Of a stretch of 64,000 nt of DNA, positions 53,863 through 62,561 are shown piece after piece. Source of the stretch: Gemmatimonadales bacterium (GTDB taxonomy: Bacteria > Gemmatimonadota > Gemmatimonadetes > Gemmatimonadales > GWC2-71-9); the NCBI GenBank assembly GCA_035577025.1, contig DATLVU010000045.1, forward strand, positions 3,727 through 67,726, in the 5' to 3' direction. How positions within the stretch are numbered: position 1 is the stretch's first letter; the number at the start of each line of letters is the position of its first letter. The notes beneath the pieces are model-generated. The model did no database searches, was not told the origin of the DNA, and saw only the letters and a program-made list of their open reading frames with translations. A program made the position numbers and the translations under genes.

Positions 53863-55728
53863 ATGGCCGACCCGACCACCACCCGACCGCCCAAGAAGAC
53901 GATCACCTCCGGCGCCTGGCAGGAAGCGCGGAGCCTGGTCTACGCGCACCGCCGGCGCCTCGGTTTCGGGCTCGGGCTGCTGCTGATCAACCGGGTCGCC
54001 GGATTCGTGCTCCCGTCCTCTCCCAAGTGGGTCATCGACCGCGTCATCGGCCAGCACCGGCCCGACCTCCTGGTGCCGCTCGCACTCGTGGTCGGGGTGG
54101 CCACGCTGGTCCAGTCCGCGACGGGATTCGGTCTGTCGCAGATCCTGGGCGTAGCGGCGCAACGCGCGATCACCGACATGCGGCGTACGGTGCAGGCGTA
54201 CGTGCTGCGGCTGCCGATCAGCTACTTCGATTCGACCAAGAGCGGGATTTTGATCTCCCGGATCATGACCGACGCGGAGGGCATCCGGAATCTCGTCGGC
54301 ACGGGCCTGGTACAGCTCGTCGGTGGCCTCGTCACCGGCGCGGCCGCACTCGTGGTGCTCTTCGTTCTCAACTGGCGGCTCACGGCGATCGCCATCCTGA
54401 TCCTCGGCTGCTTCGGCGCCGGGATGGCCCTCGCGTTCTCCAAGCTCCGGCCGTTGTTTCGCGAGCGCGGCAAGCTCAACGCGGACGTGACCGGCCGTCT
54501 GGGCGAGACCCTGGGCGGGATCCGGATCGTGAAGGCGTACCGCGCCGAGCGGAGCGAGCGGCTCGTGTTCACGCGCGGGGCAAACACGCTGTTCCGGAAC
54601 ATCGCCACGACCATGACGGGGATCTCGGCGGTCGGGTCGTTCGCGACGATCATCATCGGCGGGATCGGGATCCTGATGATTCTCGAAGGCGGCCACGCGG
54701 TACTCGCCGGTGCGATGACGTTGGGGGATCTCTTCATGTACGGGATCTTCGTGGGGCTCGTGGCGCTGCCGCTGATCAACATCGCATCCATCGGGACGCA
54801 GATCACCGAGGCGTTCGCGGGGCTCGACCGCATCCGCGAGATCCGTCGCCTGGTCACCGAGGACGCCGAGGACGGTGCCCGCGCCGAGCTCGATGGCGTG
54901 CGGGGCGACATCGCCTTCGAGAACGTGAGCTTCGAGTACACGGCGGGCACCGACGTCCTGAAACGCGTGTCGTTTCACGCACCCGCGGGCTCGACCACGG
55001 CGCTCGTCGGCTCCTCCGGCGCGGGCAAGAGCACGCTGATCAGTCTCGTCCTGACGTTCAACCGGCCGAAATCGGGCAGGATCCTGGTGGACGGCCGCGA
55101 TCTCGCGTCGCTCCGGCTCGGCGACTACCGCCGGCAGCTCGGCGTGGTGCTGCAGGACAACTTCCTGTTCGACGGGACCGTGGCCGAGAACATCGCGTTC
55201 GCCAAGCCGCATGCCACGCGCCGCGAGATCGAGCAGGCGGCGCGGATCGCGCACTGCGACGACTTCGTGCGCCGGTTCGAGAAAGGCTACGATACCATCG
55301 TGGGAGAACGGGGCGTGAAGCTCTCCGGCGGCGAGCGCCAGCGCGTGTCGATCGCGCGCGCCATCCTCGCCGACCCGCGGATCCTCATCCTCGATGAGGC
55401 GACCTCGAGCCTCGACTCGGAAAGCGAGGCCGCCATTCAGGACGGCCTGCGCACGCTCCGGCACGGCCGCACCACGTTCGTGATCGCCCACCGCCTCTCG
55501 ACGATCCGCAGCGCGGATCAGATCCTGGTGCTCGAGGGCGGCGAGATCGTCGAGCGCGGGACGCACGCCGAGCTCCTCGCGAAGCACGGCCGTTACCGGC
55601 AGCTGTACGACAAGCAGTATCGCTTCGAGCAGGACCGGTTCGTGAACCCCGGCGAGGACTTTACACCCGAGCCCGAGACCGCGGCTCCCGTCTCGCCCGC
55701 CCCGCTGACGCCACCCGGCCGGCTCTAG
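53863..55728 (+). CDS. ABC transporter, fused permease/ATPase (MsbA/multidrug-exporter type)
   Basis: Six TM helices, Walker A GSSGAGKST, signature LSGGERQR, Walker B ILILDEATS. Confidence 0.9.
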   Translation: MADPTTTRPPKKTITSGAWQEARSLVYAHRRRLGFGLGLLLINRVAGFVLPSSPKWVIDRVIGQHRPDLLVPLALVVGVATLVQSATGFGLSQILGVAAQRAITDMRRTVQAYVLRLPISYFDSTKSGILISRIMTDAEGIRNLVGTGLVQLVGGLVTGAAALVVLFVLNWRLTAIAILILGCFGAGMALAFSKLRPLFRERGKLNADVTGRLGETLGGIRIVKAYRAERSERLVFTRGANTLFRNIATTMTGISAVGSFATIIIGGIGILMILEGGHAVLAGAMTLGDLFMYGIFVGLVALPLINIASIGTQITEAFAGLDRIREIRRLVTEDAEDGARAELDGVRGDIAFENVSFEYTAGTDVLKRVSFHAPAGSTTALVGSSGAGKSTLISLVLTFNRPKSGRILVDGRDLASLRLGDYRRQLGVVLQDNFLFDGTVAENIAFAKPHATRREIEQAARIAHCDDFVRRFEKGYDTIVGERGVKLSGGERQRVSIARAILADPRILILDEATSSLDSESEAAIQDGLRTLRHGRTTFVIAHRLSTIRSADQILVLEGGEIVERGTHAELLAKHGRYRQLYDKQYRFEQDRFVNPGEDFTPEPETAAPVSPAPLTPPGRL

Positions 55729-55793
55729 CCCCCGCCTCCGAGCTCCCGCCCCCGCGCTCTGGCGCGCGCGCTCGGATCGTCCTACACTAGCGC

Positions 55794-56783
55794 ATGCCGC
55801 TGATCGACACGAACCACGGCCGGGCGGCCCTGGTGGTGCTGCTGCTCGGCGCCGCGTTGCTCTACGCGCTCGCTCCGTATGCCACCGGGATCATCGGTAT
55901 CCCAGTGTTGTACGCCGTGTTCGCCCCGGTGCACGACTGGCTGGGCATGCGCGTGCGGCCTCGCCTTGCCGCCGTATTCGTGGTCGTCCTGGCTCTGTTC
56001 CTGATCGTCGTTCCCGGCGTCTCCTTCGCGGGTCTCATCGTCAACCAGGCCCAGGAGATCGCGGGCGGCGTCATCCGCAATCCCTTGCTTAGTCGCCTGC
56101 GCGAGCTCAAACTCGGGGGCATCGACCTCGGACCCCGGCTGGCCGACCTGGGGACGCAGGTCGTCGGGTGGCTCGGCTCCTCGGCGTTCGGCCTGGTCGG
56201 TACCGCTACCCGGCTGGCGCTCAATCTCACGATCTCCTTGTTCGGCCTGTTCTATCTGCTGCTCCAGCCGCAGGAGACCTGGGAGGCGGTGCAACCCTAC
56301 ATCCCGTTCTCGGCGAAAAACACGGAGAAGCTGCGCCAGCGGTTCCGCGACGTCACGAGCGCCACGATCGTCGGGACGGGTCTCACGGCGGCGATTCAGG
56401 GGACGATCGTCGGGATCCTGTTCTGGATGACAGGGCTCCCGAACGCGGTGTTCTGGGGCGTCGTGACCACCGTGTTCGCCATCCTGCCCGTCGTCGGGAG
56501 CGGACTCGTATGGGGGCCCGGCGCCCTCGCTCTCATCCTCGGCGGCCACGCCCTGGCCGGCGTGTTCCTCGCGTTGGTCGGTGTGGTGGTTGTCGGAAAC
56601 GTGGACTATGTGGTCCGCCCACGAATCTTCAAGCGGTGGGCCAACATTCATCCGCTCGTCACGCTGCTCGGCGCATTGGCGGGCGTACCGTTCTTCGGGA
56701 TTCTGGGACTGCTGATCGGACCGTTGGCGCTGTCGTACTTCTTTGAATTGATAAAGATGTACCGGGAAGAGTACCTCGCTTAG
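55794..56783 (+). CDS. AI-2E family transporter (PerM/UPF0118)
   Basis: Eight TM helices. The C-terminal part GNVDYVVRPRIF...HPLVTLLGALAG..FGILGLLIGP is typical. Confidence 0.85.
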   Translation: MPLIDTNHGRAALVVLLLGAALLYALAPYATGIIGIPVLYAVFAPVHDWLGMRVRPRLAAVFVVVLALFLIVVPGVSFAGLIVNQAQEIAGGVIRNPLLSRLRELKLGGIDLGPRLADLGTQVVGWLGSSAFGLVGTATRLALNLTISLFGLFYLLLQPQETWEAVQPYIPFSAKNTEKLRQRFRDVTSATIVGTGLTAAIQGTIVGILFWMTGLPNAVFWGVVTTVFAILPVVGSGLVWGPGALALILGGHALAGVFLALVGVVVVGNVDYVVRPRIFKRWANIHPLVTLLGALAGVPFFGILGLLIGPLALSYFFELIKMYREEYLA

Positions 56784-57664
56784 CGTCTAGCTTTTGCCTT
56801 TCCTGTCTCTCGCCACTCCAGACTTGGTCCTAACTTGAGGAGATCTAGCGGGTCCACCGTTATCTCTCCATAGGTTCCCCACCAGTGCAGATGCGCTCTC
56901 GTCACGCGGCCTGACGCTCCCACCTGACCGATCACCTGGCCACGCTCGACCGTGTCGCCGGGCACGACGAGAACGCGACTGAGGTGAAAGTAGCCGGTGA
57001 CCAGACCGGCCCCGTGATCGATCAGCACGGTCGTACCGCTGTAGTAGAGGTCAGCCACCAGGGCCACGACGCCGCGGTTTGCTGCGTGGACCGGCGCACC
57101 CCACTGTCCCGCGAAGTCCACGCCATAATGCCGGCTTCGCACGACCCCGTTGAAGATGCGGGGGATACCGAAGCCACTGGTGATCACGCTCGTCCTGGGC
57201 CGCTCGAACGGCTCGTGCCACAAGCGCGGGGTCTCGTGCGCCCGCTCCCGGAAGCCGTCCACGAGCTCGCTCTCGAGACGGATGCGCTCCTTCAAAGAGT
57301 CGGGCGGCCGCGCGAACTCCGGAGCGACACGCAGCCGTTCGCCCGGCAGGCGACGGCGCCGTACCGGGAGGGGGACGGTGGCAGTATCGACCGCACCATC
57401 CGCGTAGGATCGCACGACGCGCGCGACCGCGCTGTCGGACCCGAAGGGCACGCCGCCGAGCGCGTGGAAGCCATCCGCCTCGCGCTCGAAGTGCAGCGCC
57501 TGGCCCGCGAGCGTGCCCTGCACGTCCACGACGCTGTCCGAGCGGACGGTCAGGATCACGAGCGAGCCCTCGAGCGGCGCGTGGGGACTCCAGGTGATCC
57601 CGGGCGGCCCCCAGCTCCGGAGACCGAGCAGGAAAGTGGCGAGTGCGAGCGCGGAGATGGTCAG
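56780..57664 (-). CDS. M23 family metallopeptidase (5' end uncertain)
   Basis: HYGVDFAG, IDHG and AHLHW are present. The first canonical start is GTG at 57559, but a signal-peptide-like segment (TISALALATFLLGL) lies in frame upstream. It begins at a CTG (57664) that overlaps the upstream TGA (CTGA). Confidence 0.75.
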   Translation of the reverse strand: MTISALALATFLLGLRSWGPPGITWSPHAPLEGSLVILTVRSDSVVDVQGTLAGQALHFEREADGFHALGGVPFGSDSAVARVVRSYADGAVDTATVPLPVRRRRLPGERLRVAPEFARPPDSLKERIRLESELVDGFRERAHETPRLWHEPFERPRTSVITSGFGIPRIFNGVVRSRHYGVDFAGQWGAPVHAANRGVVALVADLYYSGTTVLIDHGAGLVTGYFHLSRVLVVPGDTVERGQVIGQVGASGRVTRAHLHWWGTYGEITVDPLDLLKLGPSLEWRETGKAKARR

Positions 57665-59277
57665 AGTCGGGCCAGGGCGCGACGCGCGGTCTCGACGGCC
57701 GGGCGGCCGCCGTCGCCCCCTTGCATCTGTGCCAGATACTCCGTGTACCGGGCCCGCGCGGCGGACCGATCGGCTGAGAGCTCCGCCGCCCGGGCGACGC
57801 CGAACAGGCTGCGCGATCGCCGGCGCTCGCGCCGGAGGGTGGACTCGTACGCCACGCGGGCGTCGCCGTAGCGACCGGCGGCGAGCAGCAGGTCGCCCTC
57901 GAGCTCGCGCGCCGGCAGGAGCTCCCCAGGCGTCACGGGATGTTTTTCCGTCACGTCCTCCAGATCGGCCGCGGCCTTGGCCTCACGGAGCGCACCCGCG
58001 GTGTCGCCGGCGGCGAACAGCACCCACGCAGTCACGGCCTGTTTCCTGATGCCCACGATGCGCGACCAGTTGTAGCCCGTCTGTCCCGCCAAGGCGGCCT
58101 CGATCCCCGCGAGCGCAGCGATCTCGGCGCGCGCCTGCGCCGTGTCGCCGCTCCGGGCGGCCCCGATGCCGCGCGTGAAGTGGCCCAGGGCTTCTCCGAT
58201 GCCGCCCTTCCCCGCCGCGCGGACGGGCAAGCGCGCCGCGGCCACCCAGTCGTCGCGCTCGAGGGGGACGCGGGCTTCCATCGCGACGCGGTTGTAGTTG
58301 GTGACCAGCGCGTCACTCGTGATCGCGGTGGTGAGTGCCAGCCCCTCGCCGACGGTGCGCCGGGCCGTGGAGTCCCGCCCCTCCTGTAGATAGCCGTATA
58401 CCATGTAATCGACCGCGTGAAACTGCTCCGGCGCCACGCCGCCCAGATTCTGCGCGCGCGCGTACGTGATACCGGCATCGAGGGCACGCTGGTTCGCGAC
58501 GATCGTTTCGTCCCATAAGCCAAGCCGAATGAAGATGTGCGACGGCATGTGCTGGGCGTGCGGGGCGGACGGGGCGATCTGCGCGTAGCGCCGCGCGGCA
58601 TCGAGCCCCAGCGGCGCGAGCTCGGGCGAGTCGTTCGCGTGGATGATGTAGTGGGCGAGGCCCGGGTGCTGGGGGAAACGACGGAACAGCGGATTCAGGA
58701 TCGCCGCGGCCTGCTTCTGCCTGACGAATGTCGTATCGGTCGCGGACGCCGTCGCGACGAGGGACAGGGCGTAGGAGATCGCCACCTCGGGGTCATCAGG
58801 CACATCGCGATACAGGCGCGCGAGCGTATCGGAGTACGCCTGCAGCCGCCTGGCGTTCGGGACGTTTTCGTAGTCGCGGTAGAGCGCGCCGACCGCGGCG
58901 ATGAATCCGCGCTCGCGCGCGGTAGGCGCCGGAACCGCCTGAGCGCGGATCGCCGCGGCAGCGCCCTTGCGCAGGTTCTCACCCGCCGGCCCTCCGACGA
59001 ACGGATTGCCCCACGCGTTCACGGCCATGCCCCAATAGGCCATGGCGCACGCCGTGTCTGCCACGGCGACCGCCTTGAACGCGTGGGCGCCCTCCTCCCA
59101 CCAAAACGAATGGAGCAGCGACATCGCGCGCTCGAAGCGCGCCTGCGCTTCGGCGTTGCAGGATACCGGGAAAGTGACGTGTCCGAGCGTCTCGGTGGCG
59201 TGGTCATGGTCCTGGGCAGCGAGTCGGCTGGCCAAGAGCACGAGGAACAGGAGGAGGTGAGGGTGCGAGCGGCGCAT
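57661..59277 (-). CDS. secreted TPR-like repeat protein, uncharacterised
   Basis: Signal peptide LLLFLVLLASRLAAQ, FPVSC..EAQ..F.RA..LLHSFWW.EA motif, helical repeats throughout. Confidence 0.6.
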   Translation of the reverse strand: MRRSHPHLLLFLVLLASRLAAQDHDHATETLGHVTFPVSCNAEAQARFERAMSLLHSFWWEEGAHAFKAVAVADTACAMAYWGMAVNAWGNPFVGGPAGENLRKGAAAAIRAQAVPAPTARERGFIAAVGALYRDYENVPNARRLQAYSDTLARLYRDVPDDPEVAISYALSLVATASATDTTFVRQKQAAAILNPLFRRFPQHPGLAHYIIHANDSPELAPLGLDAARRYAQIAPSAPHAQHMPSHIFIRLGLWDETIVANQRALDAGITYARAQNLGGVAPEQFHAVDYMVYGYLQEGRDSTARRTVGEGLALTTAITSDALVTNYNRVAMEARVPLERDDWVAAARLPVRAAGKGGIGEALGHFTRGIGAARSGDTAQARAEIAALAGIEAALAGQTGYNWSRIVGIRKQAVTAWVLFAAGDTAGALREAKAAADLEDVTEKHPVTPGELLPARELEGDLLLAAGRYGDARVAYESTLRRERRRSRSLFGVARAAELSADRSAARARYTEYLAQMQGGDGGRPAVETARRALARL

Positions 59278-59310
59278 CGACGGGCTGCCGGCGTTGAATG
59301 TGACTGTAAT

Positions 59311-60960
59311 CTAGTGCTTCCCTTCCTCTGCCCCCAGCACCAACGCCACTCCGTTGGTCCACCCGAACCCGTCCTGCGTCGGGTACTCGCCTCCACCGGC
59401 GCGCCGCCGCACGTCCACCACGTCGTACTTCTCGATCATCTTCCTCGTCGCCGCATAGACGCGCCGGTTGAGTGCGAGCCAGCGGCGGCGAGCGGCGTCC
59501 GCCAGGTCCGGGCGGCCGTAGCGACGCACGCCCTCGATCGAGAGCCACTGGAGCGGCGGCCAGCCGTTCGGGGCGTCCCACTGCTGGCCCGACGCAATCA
59601 GGGTCGTGACGAACCCGCCAGGCTTGAGAAAGTCCCGCTCGAGCCGCGCCGCGACCGCGCGACCCTGCTCCGGCGTGGCGAGCCCGAAATAGAGCGGTGC
59701 CGCCGCGGCGAGCGTCGGGCGGTCCGTCACGCGCTCGCCACTGCGCCAGCGGACGTCGTAAAAGAATCCGCTCGCGGAGTCGAACGCCGCGGCGAGGAGC
59801 GCCCGGCGCCGCGCCTCGGCATCCACGTTGAACCGACGCGCGACGTCCGCATCGCCAGCCCGCCCCCGCGCGGCGCGCAAAGCGGCGATCATACGCTCGG
59901 CGTGATAGAGCAGGCTGTTGAGATCCACCGGCGCGAGCTCCGTGGTCTCGAGCGTCCGCAGGTCCTTGGGATCGCGCATCCATCGGCTCGAGAAATCCCA
60001 GCCGCTCTCGGCCGTGGCGCGGATGTTCCGGAAGAACGGCTGCCGCCGCTCTTCTGGAACGGTCTGACCGAGCTCGTAATCGGGTCGGAAGGACTCCGGC
60101 CGCGGCTGGGGGTCGTCGTCCCAGTACCGATTCAGCACCGATCCGTCGCGTAGCTTCACCACGCGGCGGTAGGCCTCGCCGGGCTGGAGCCGCTCGGCGC
60201 CGTCCATCCAGAAGGCGTGCTCCGCTTCGAGCGCGTCGAGATAGCCCAGGGCGTGCGCGGTGTCCGTGGCGCCCGCGTACAGCCCCACCATCGCGGCGAA
60301 GAACGGCGGCTGACTCCGACCCAGATAGTAGGTGCGGTTGCCGTTGGGAATGTGCCCCACCGTTCGAATCAGGTAGGCGAAATTGTCGAGCATGCTCTTC
60401 ACCAGATCGGTCCGGCCGCTCTCGATCAGGCCGAGCATGGTGAAGTACGAATCCCAGTAATAGACCTCGCGGAAGCGTCCGCCCGGCACGACGTAGGGCT
60501 CGGGCAGGGCGATCAACGACGACAGGGCCGTATCGTGCGATGGCGCGCGCGTAAGAACGGGCCACAGCACCCGGATGTGCTGCTCCATCGTCTGCGAGCG
60601 GTCGCTGTGAAAGTCGGCGGCGATCGTCGGCGGCATCTCGAAATACTCTGAGACGAACGCTTTGAGAATGAATTCCGGCGCGCGCCGAGCGGAATCGTAG
60701 CGCGCCACGATCTGTTGCGGTGCCACGAGCGGCCGCGCGTCGACGAACGTCTTGGAGTCCGGAAAGATCCCCGATAGTTCAACCGCGGCGAAGAGGGGCC
60801 CGAGGTCGCGCGACGGATCGTACCGATCCGGAGGTTGGTGGAGGTTGGTGGAAGTCCTGGAGGGTGTGGAGGTGCACGCAATCGCGAGGGCGAGTGCCGC
60901 ATACCTCCACCAACCTCCACGCCCTCCACCAACCTCCACCAACTTCGCGGCAGTGCTCAT
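59311..60960 (-). CDS. treA: periplasmic/lipoprotein alpha,alpha-trehalase (GH37)
   Basis: PGGRFREVYYWDSYF and QWDAPNGWPPLQ trehalase signatures. ATG at 60960 overlaps the upstream stop (ATGA). The 1002-aa track ORF is an artefactual upstream extension. Confidence 0.9.
   Translation of the reverse strand: MSTAAKLVEVGGGRGGWWRYAALALAIACTSTPSRTSTNLHQPPDRYDPSRDLGPLFAAVELSGIFPDSKTFVDARPLVAPQQIVARYDSARRAPEFILKAFVSEYFEMPPTIAADFHSDRSQTMEQHIRVLWPVLTRAPSHDTALSSLIALPEPYVVPGGRFREVYYWDSYFTMLGLIESGRTDLVKSMLDNFAYLIRTVGHIPNGNRTYYLGRSQPPFFAAMVGLYAGATDTAHALGYLDALEAEHAFWMDGAERLQPGEAYRRVVKLRDGSVLNRYWDDDPQPRPESFRPDYELGQTVPEERRQPFFRNIRATAESGWDFSSRWMRDPKDLRTLETTELAPVDLNSLLYHAERMIAALRAARGRAGDADVARRFNVDAEARRRALLAAAFDSASGFFYDVRWRSGERVTDRPTLAAAAPLYFGLATPEQGRAVAARLERDFLKPGGFVTTLIASGQQWDAPNGWPPLQWLSIEGVRRYGRPDLADAARRRWLALNRRVYAATRKMIEKYDVVDVRRRAGGGEYPTQDGFGWTNGVALVLGAEEGKH
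60834..60943. repeat. 19-bp perfect inverted repeat built from GAGGTTGGTG decamers, arms 72 nt apart
   Basis: GTTGGTGGAGGTTGGTGGA at 60834-60852 pairs with TCCACCAACCTCCACCAAC at 60925-60943. Further degenerate copies lie at 60859-60876 and 60904-60920. Confidence 0.9.
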
Positions 60961-62561
60961 CTGAACACGTACCATAGGATCCCGATCGTCGCCGCCAGGA
61001 CCACCGATAGCGTGACATTCAGCCTGCTCGGCGCAGCCTCGACGGGCGCGGTCACGTCCACCTGACCGCGGGTCAGTCCCACGGTCTTCACGGCCGGAGG
61101 CGGTGGCGTCGCGAGGCTCACCGCGATCAAGATCGCCGAGCACAAGAGGAACAACAGCGCCGCGAAGTGCAGGAAGTTGACGTTGGCGAGCCAGGCCCAC
61201 ACCGTGCCGCTCGCGAGGTGCGCCTTGCCCAGCTCGAGCCCCAGGCGCAGCACGCCGAGGACCAGCCCCGTCACGAGCGAGGTAACCGCGCCGGCGCCGT
61301 TCAGCCGCGGGTACAGCACACCGAGCAGGAAGCACGCCGCGATCGGCGGCGCGATGTACGCCTGCACGCTCTGCAAGTAGATGTAAATCTGCGGCGAGAT
61401 GAACTTCGTAAATGGAATCCACAGGAGGCCCAGGCCCACCAGCACGACGGTTGTGAGGCGGCCGACGGCCACGAGCCGCGCCTCGCTCGCGTCGGGCCGC
61501 CATTTGCGGTACACGTCCCACGTGAGCAGGGTCGAGCAGGAGTTGAACGCGGAGGCGAGCGAGCTCATGAGCGCCGCGAGCATGCCGGCGAGCACCAGGC
61601 CCTTGAACCCCGCTGGCATGAGCCGCGTGACGAGCGTCGGGTAGGCGGTGTCGGCCGCCCCACCGCGGACATCCGAGAAGAGCGCGGCGGCGATAATTCC
61701 TGGCAGCACGAAGATGAAAACCGGGAGGATCTTCAGGAACCCCGCGAAGATCGTGCCGGTGCGTGCCTCTTTCACATTCCGCGCGGCCAACACCCGCTGC
61801 ACGATGTGCTGGTCCGTACACCAGTACCACACACCGAGAATCGGCGCGCCGAACACGATGCCGGTCCAGGGAAAGTCCGGGTGGTTGATCGGCTTCCACA
61901 TCGAGAAGAAATCCGCAGGGACGCGCGTCTCCAGCCCACTCCAGCCGCCCACCGCCTGCAGGCCGATCACGGCCAGCACCGCGGATCCGATGATCAGGAC
62001 GACCGCCTGCATCACTTCCGTGTAAATCACGGCGCGAAGCCCTCCCATCACCGTGTAGACACCTGTGATGACGATGAGCACGACGGCGCTCGTCCATACG
62101 CTCCAGCCAGTCACCGCGCGCACCACGATGCCACCTGCGTACAACGTCACACTGATCTTGGTGAGCACATACCCGATGATGGACACCCACGTGAAGTACG
62201 ACCGCGCCGTGGGGTTGAACCGCCGCTCGAGAAATTCCGGCATGGTGTACACACCGCTCCGCAAGTAGAACGGCACGAACAACCACCCCAGGAGCAGCAG
62301 AATGAGACAGGCGAGCCATTCGAAGTGGCCCACCGCGAGCCCGCTCGCCGCACCGGTCCCCGCGAGACCAACCAGGTGCTCGCTCCCGATGTTGGACGCG
62401 AACAGGCTCGCCCCGACGGCGAACCAGCCGACATCGCGGCTCGCGAGAAAGTAGTCGGCACTGACGTTCTTCTCGCGCTTGGCGGCCCAGTAGCCGATCC
62501 CCGCAAGGAGCAGGAAGTACGCCGCGATCACCAGGAGGTCGAACAGATGAAGAGAGGTCAT
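60957..62561 (-). CDS. sodium:solute symporter (SSS family, SGLT-like sugar transporter)
   Basis: Start at MTSLHL (62561, ATGA overlap). It has YFLA.R..GWFAVGASLFASNIGSEHLVGLAG and about 13-14 TM helices. Confidence 0.9.
   Translation of the reverse strand: MTSLHLFDLLVIAAYFLLLAGIGYWAAKREKNVSADYFLASRDVGWFAVGASLFASNIGSEHLVGLAGTGAASGLAVGHFEWLACLILLLLGWLFVPFYLRSGVYTMPEFLERRFNPTARSYFTWVSIIGYVLTKISVTLYAGGIVVRAVTGWSVWTSAVVLIVITGVYTVMGGLRAVIYTEVMQAVVLIIGSAVLAVIGLQAVGGWSGLETRVPADFFSMWKPINHPDFPWTGIVFGAPILGVWYWCTDQHIVQRVLAARNVKEARTGTIFAGFLKILPVFIFVLPGIIAAALFSDVRGGAADTAYPTLVTRLMPAGFKGLVLAGMLAALMSSLASAFNSCSTLLTWDVYRKWRPDASEARLVAVGRLTTVVLVGLGLLWIPFTKFISPQIYIYLQSVQAYIAPPIAACFLLGVLYPRLNGAGAVTSLVTGLVLGVLRLGLELGKAHLASGTVWAWLANVNFLHFAALLFLLCSAILIAVSLATPPPPAVKTVGLTRGQVDVTAPVEAAPSRLNVTLSVVLAATIGILWYVFR

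Noticed and set aside
59311-62319. A 1002-aa ORF that would fuse a long N-terminal region to the trehalase.
   Set aside because: The part upstream of 60960 runs through the SSS transporter gene in another frame and is Arg/Gly/Ala-rich shadow sequence. The trehalase has its own ATG with an ATGA junction and a signal peptide at 60960.
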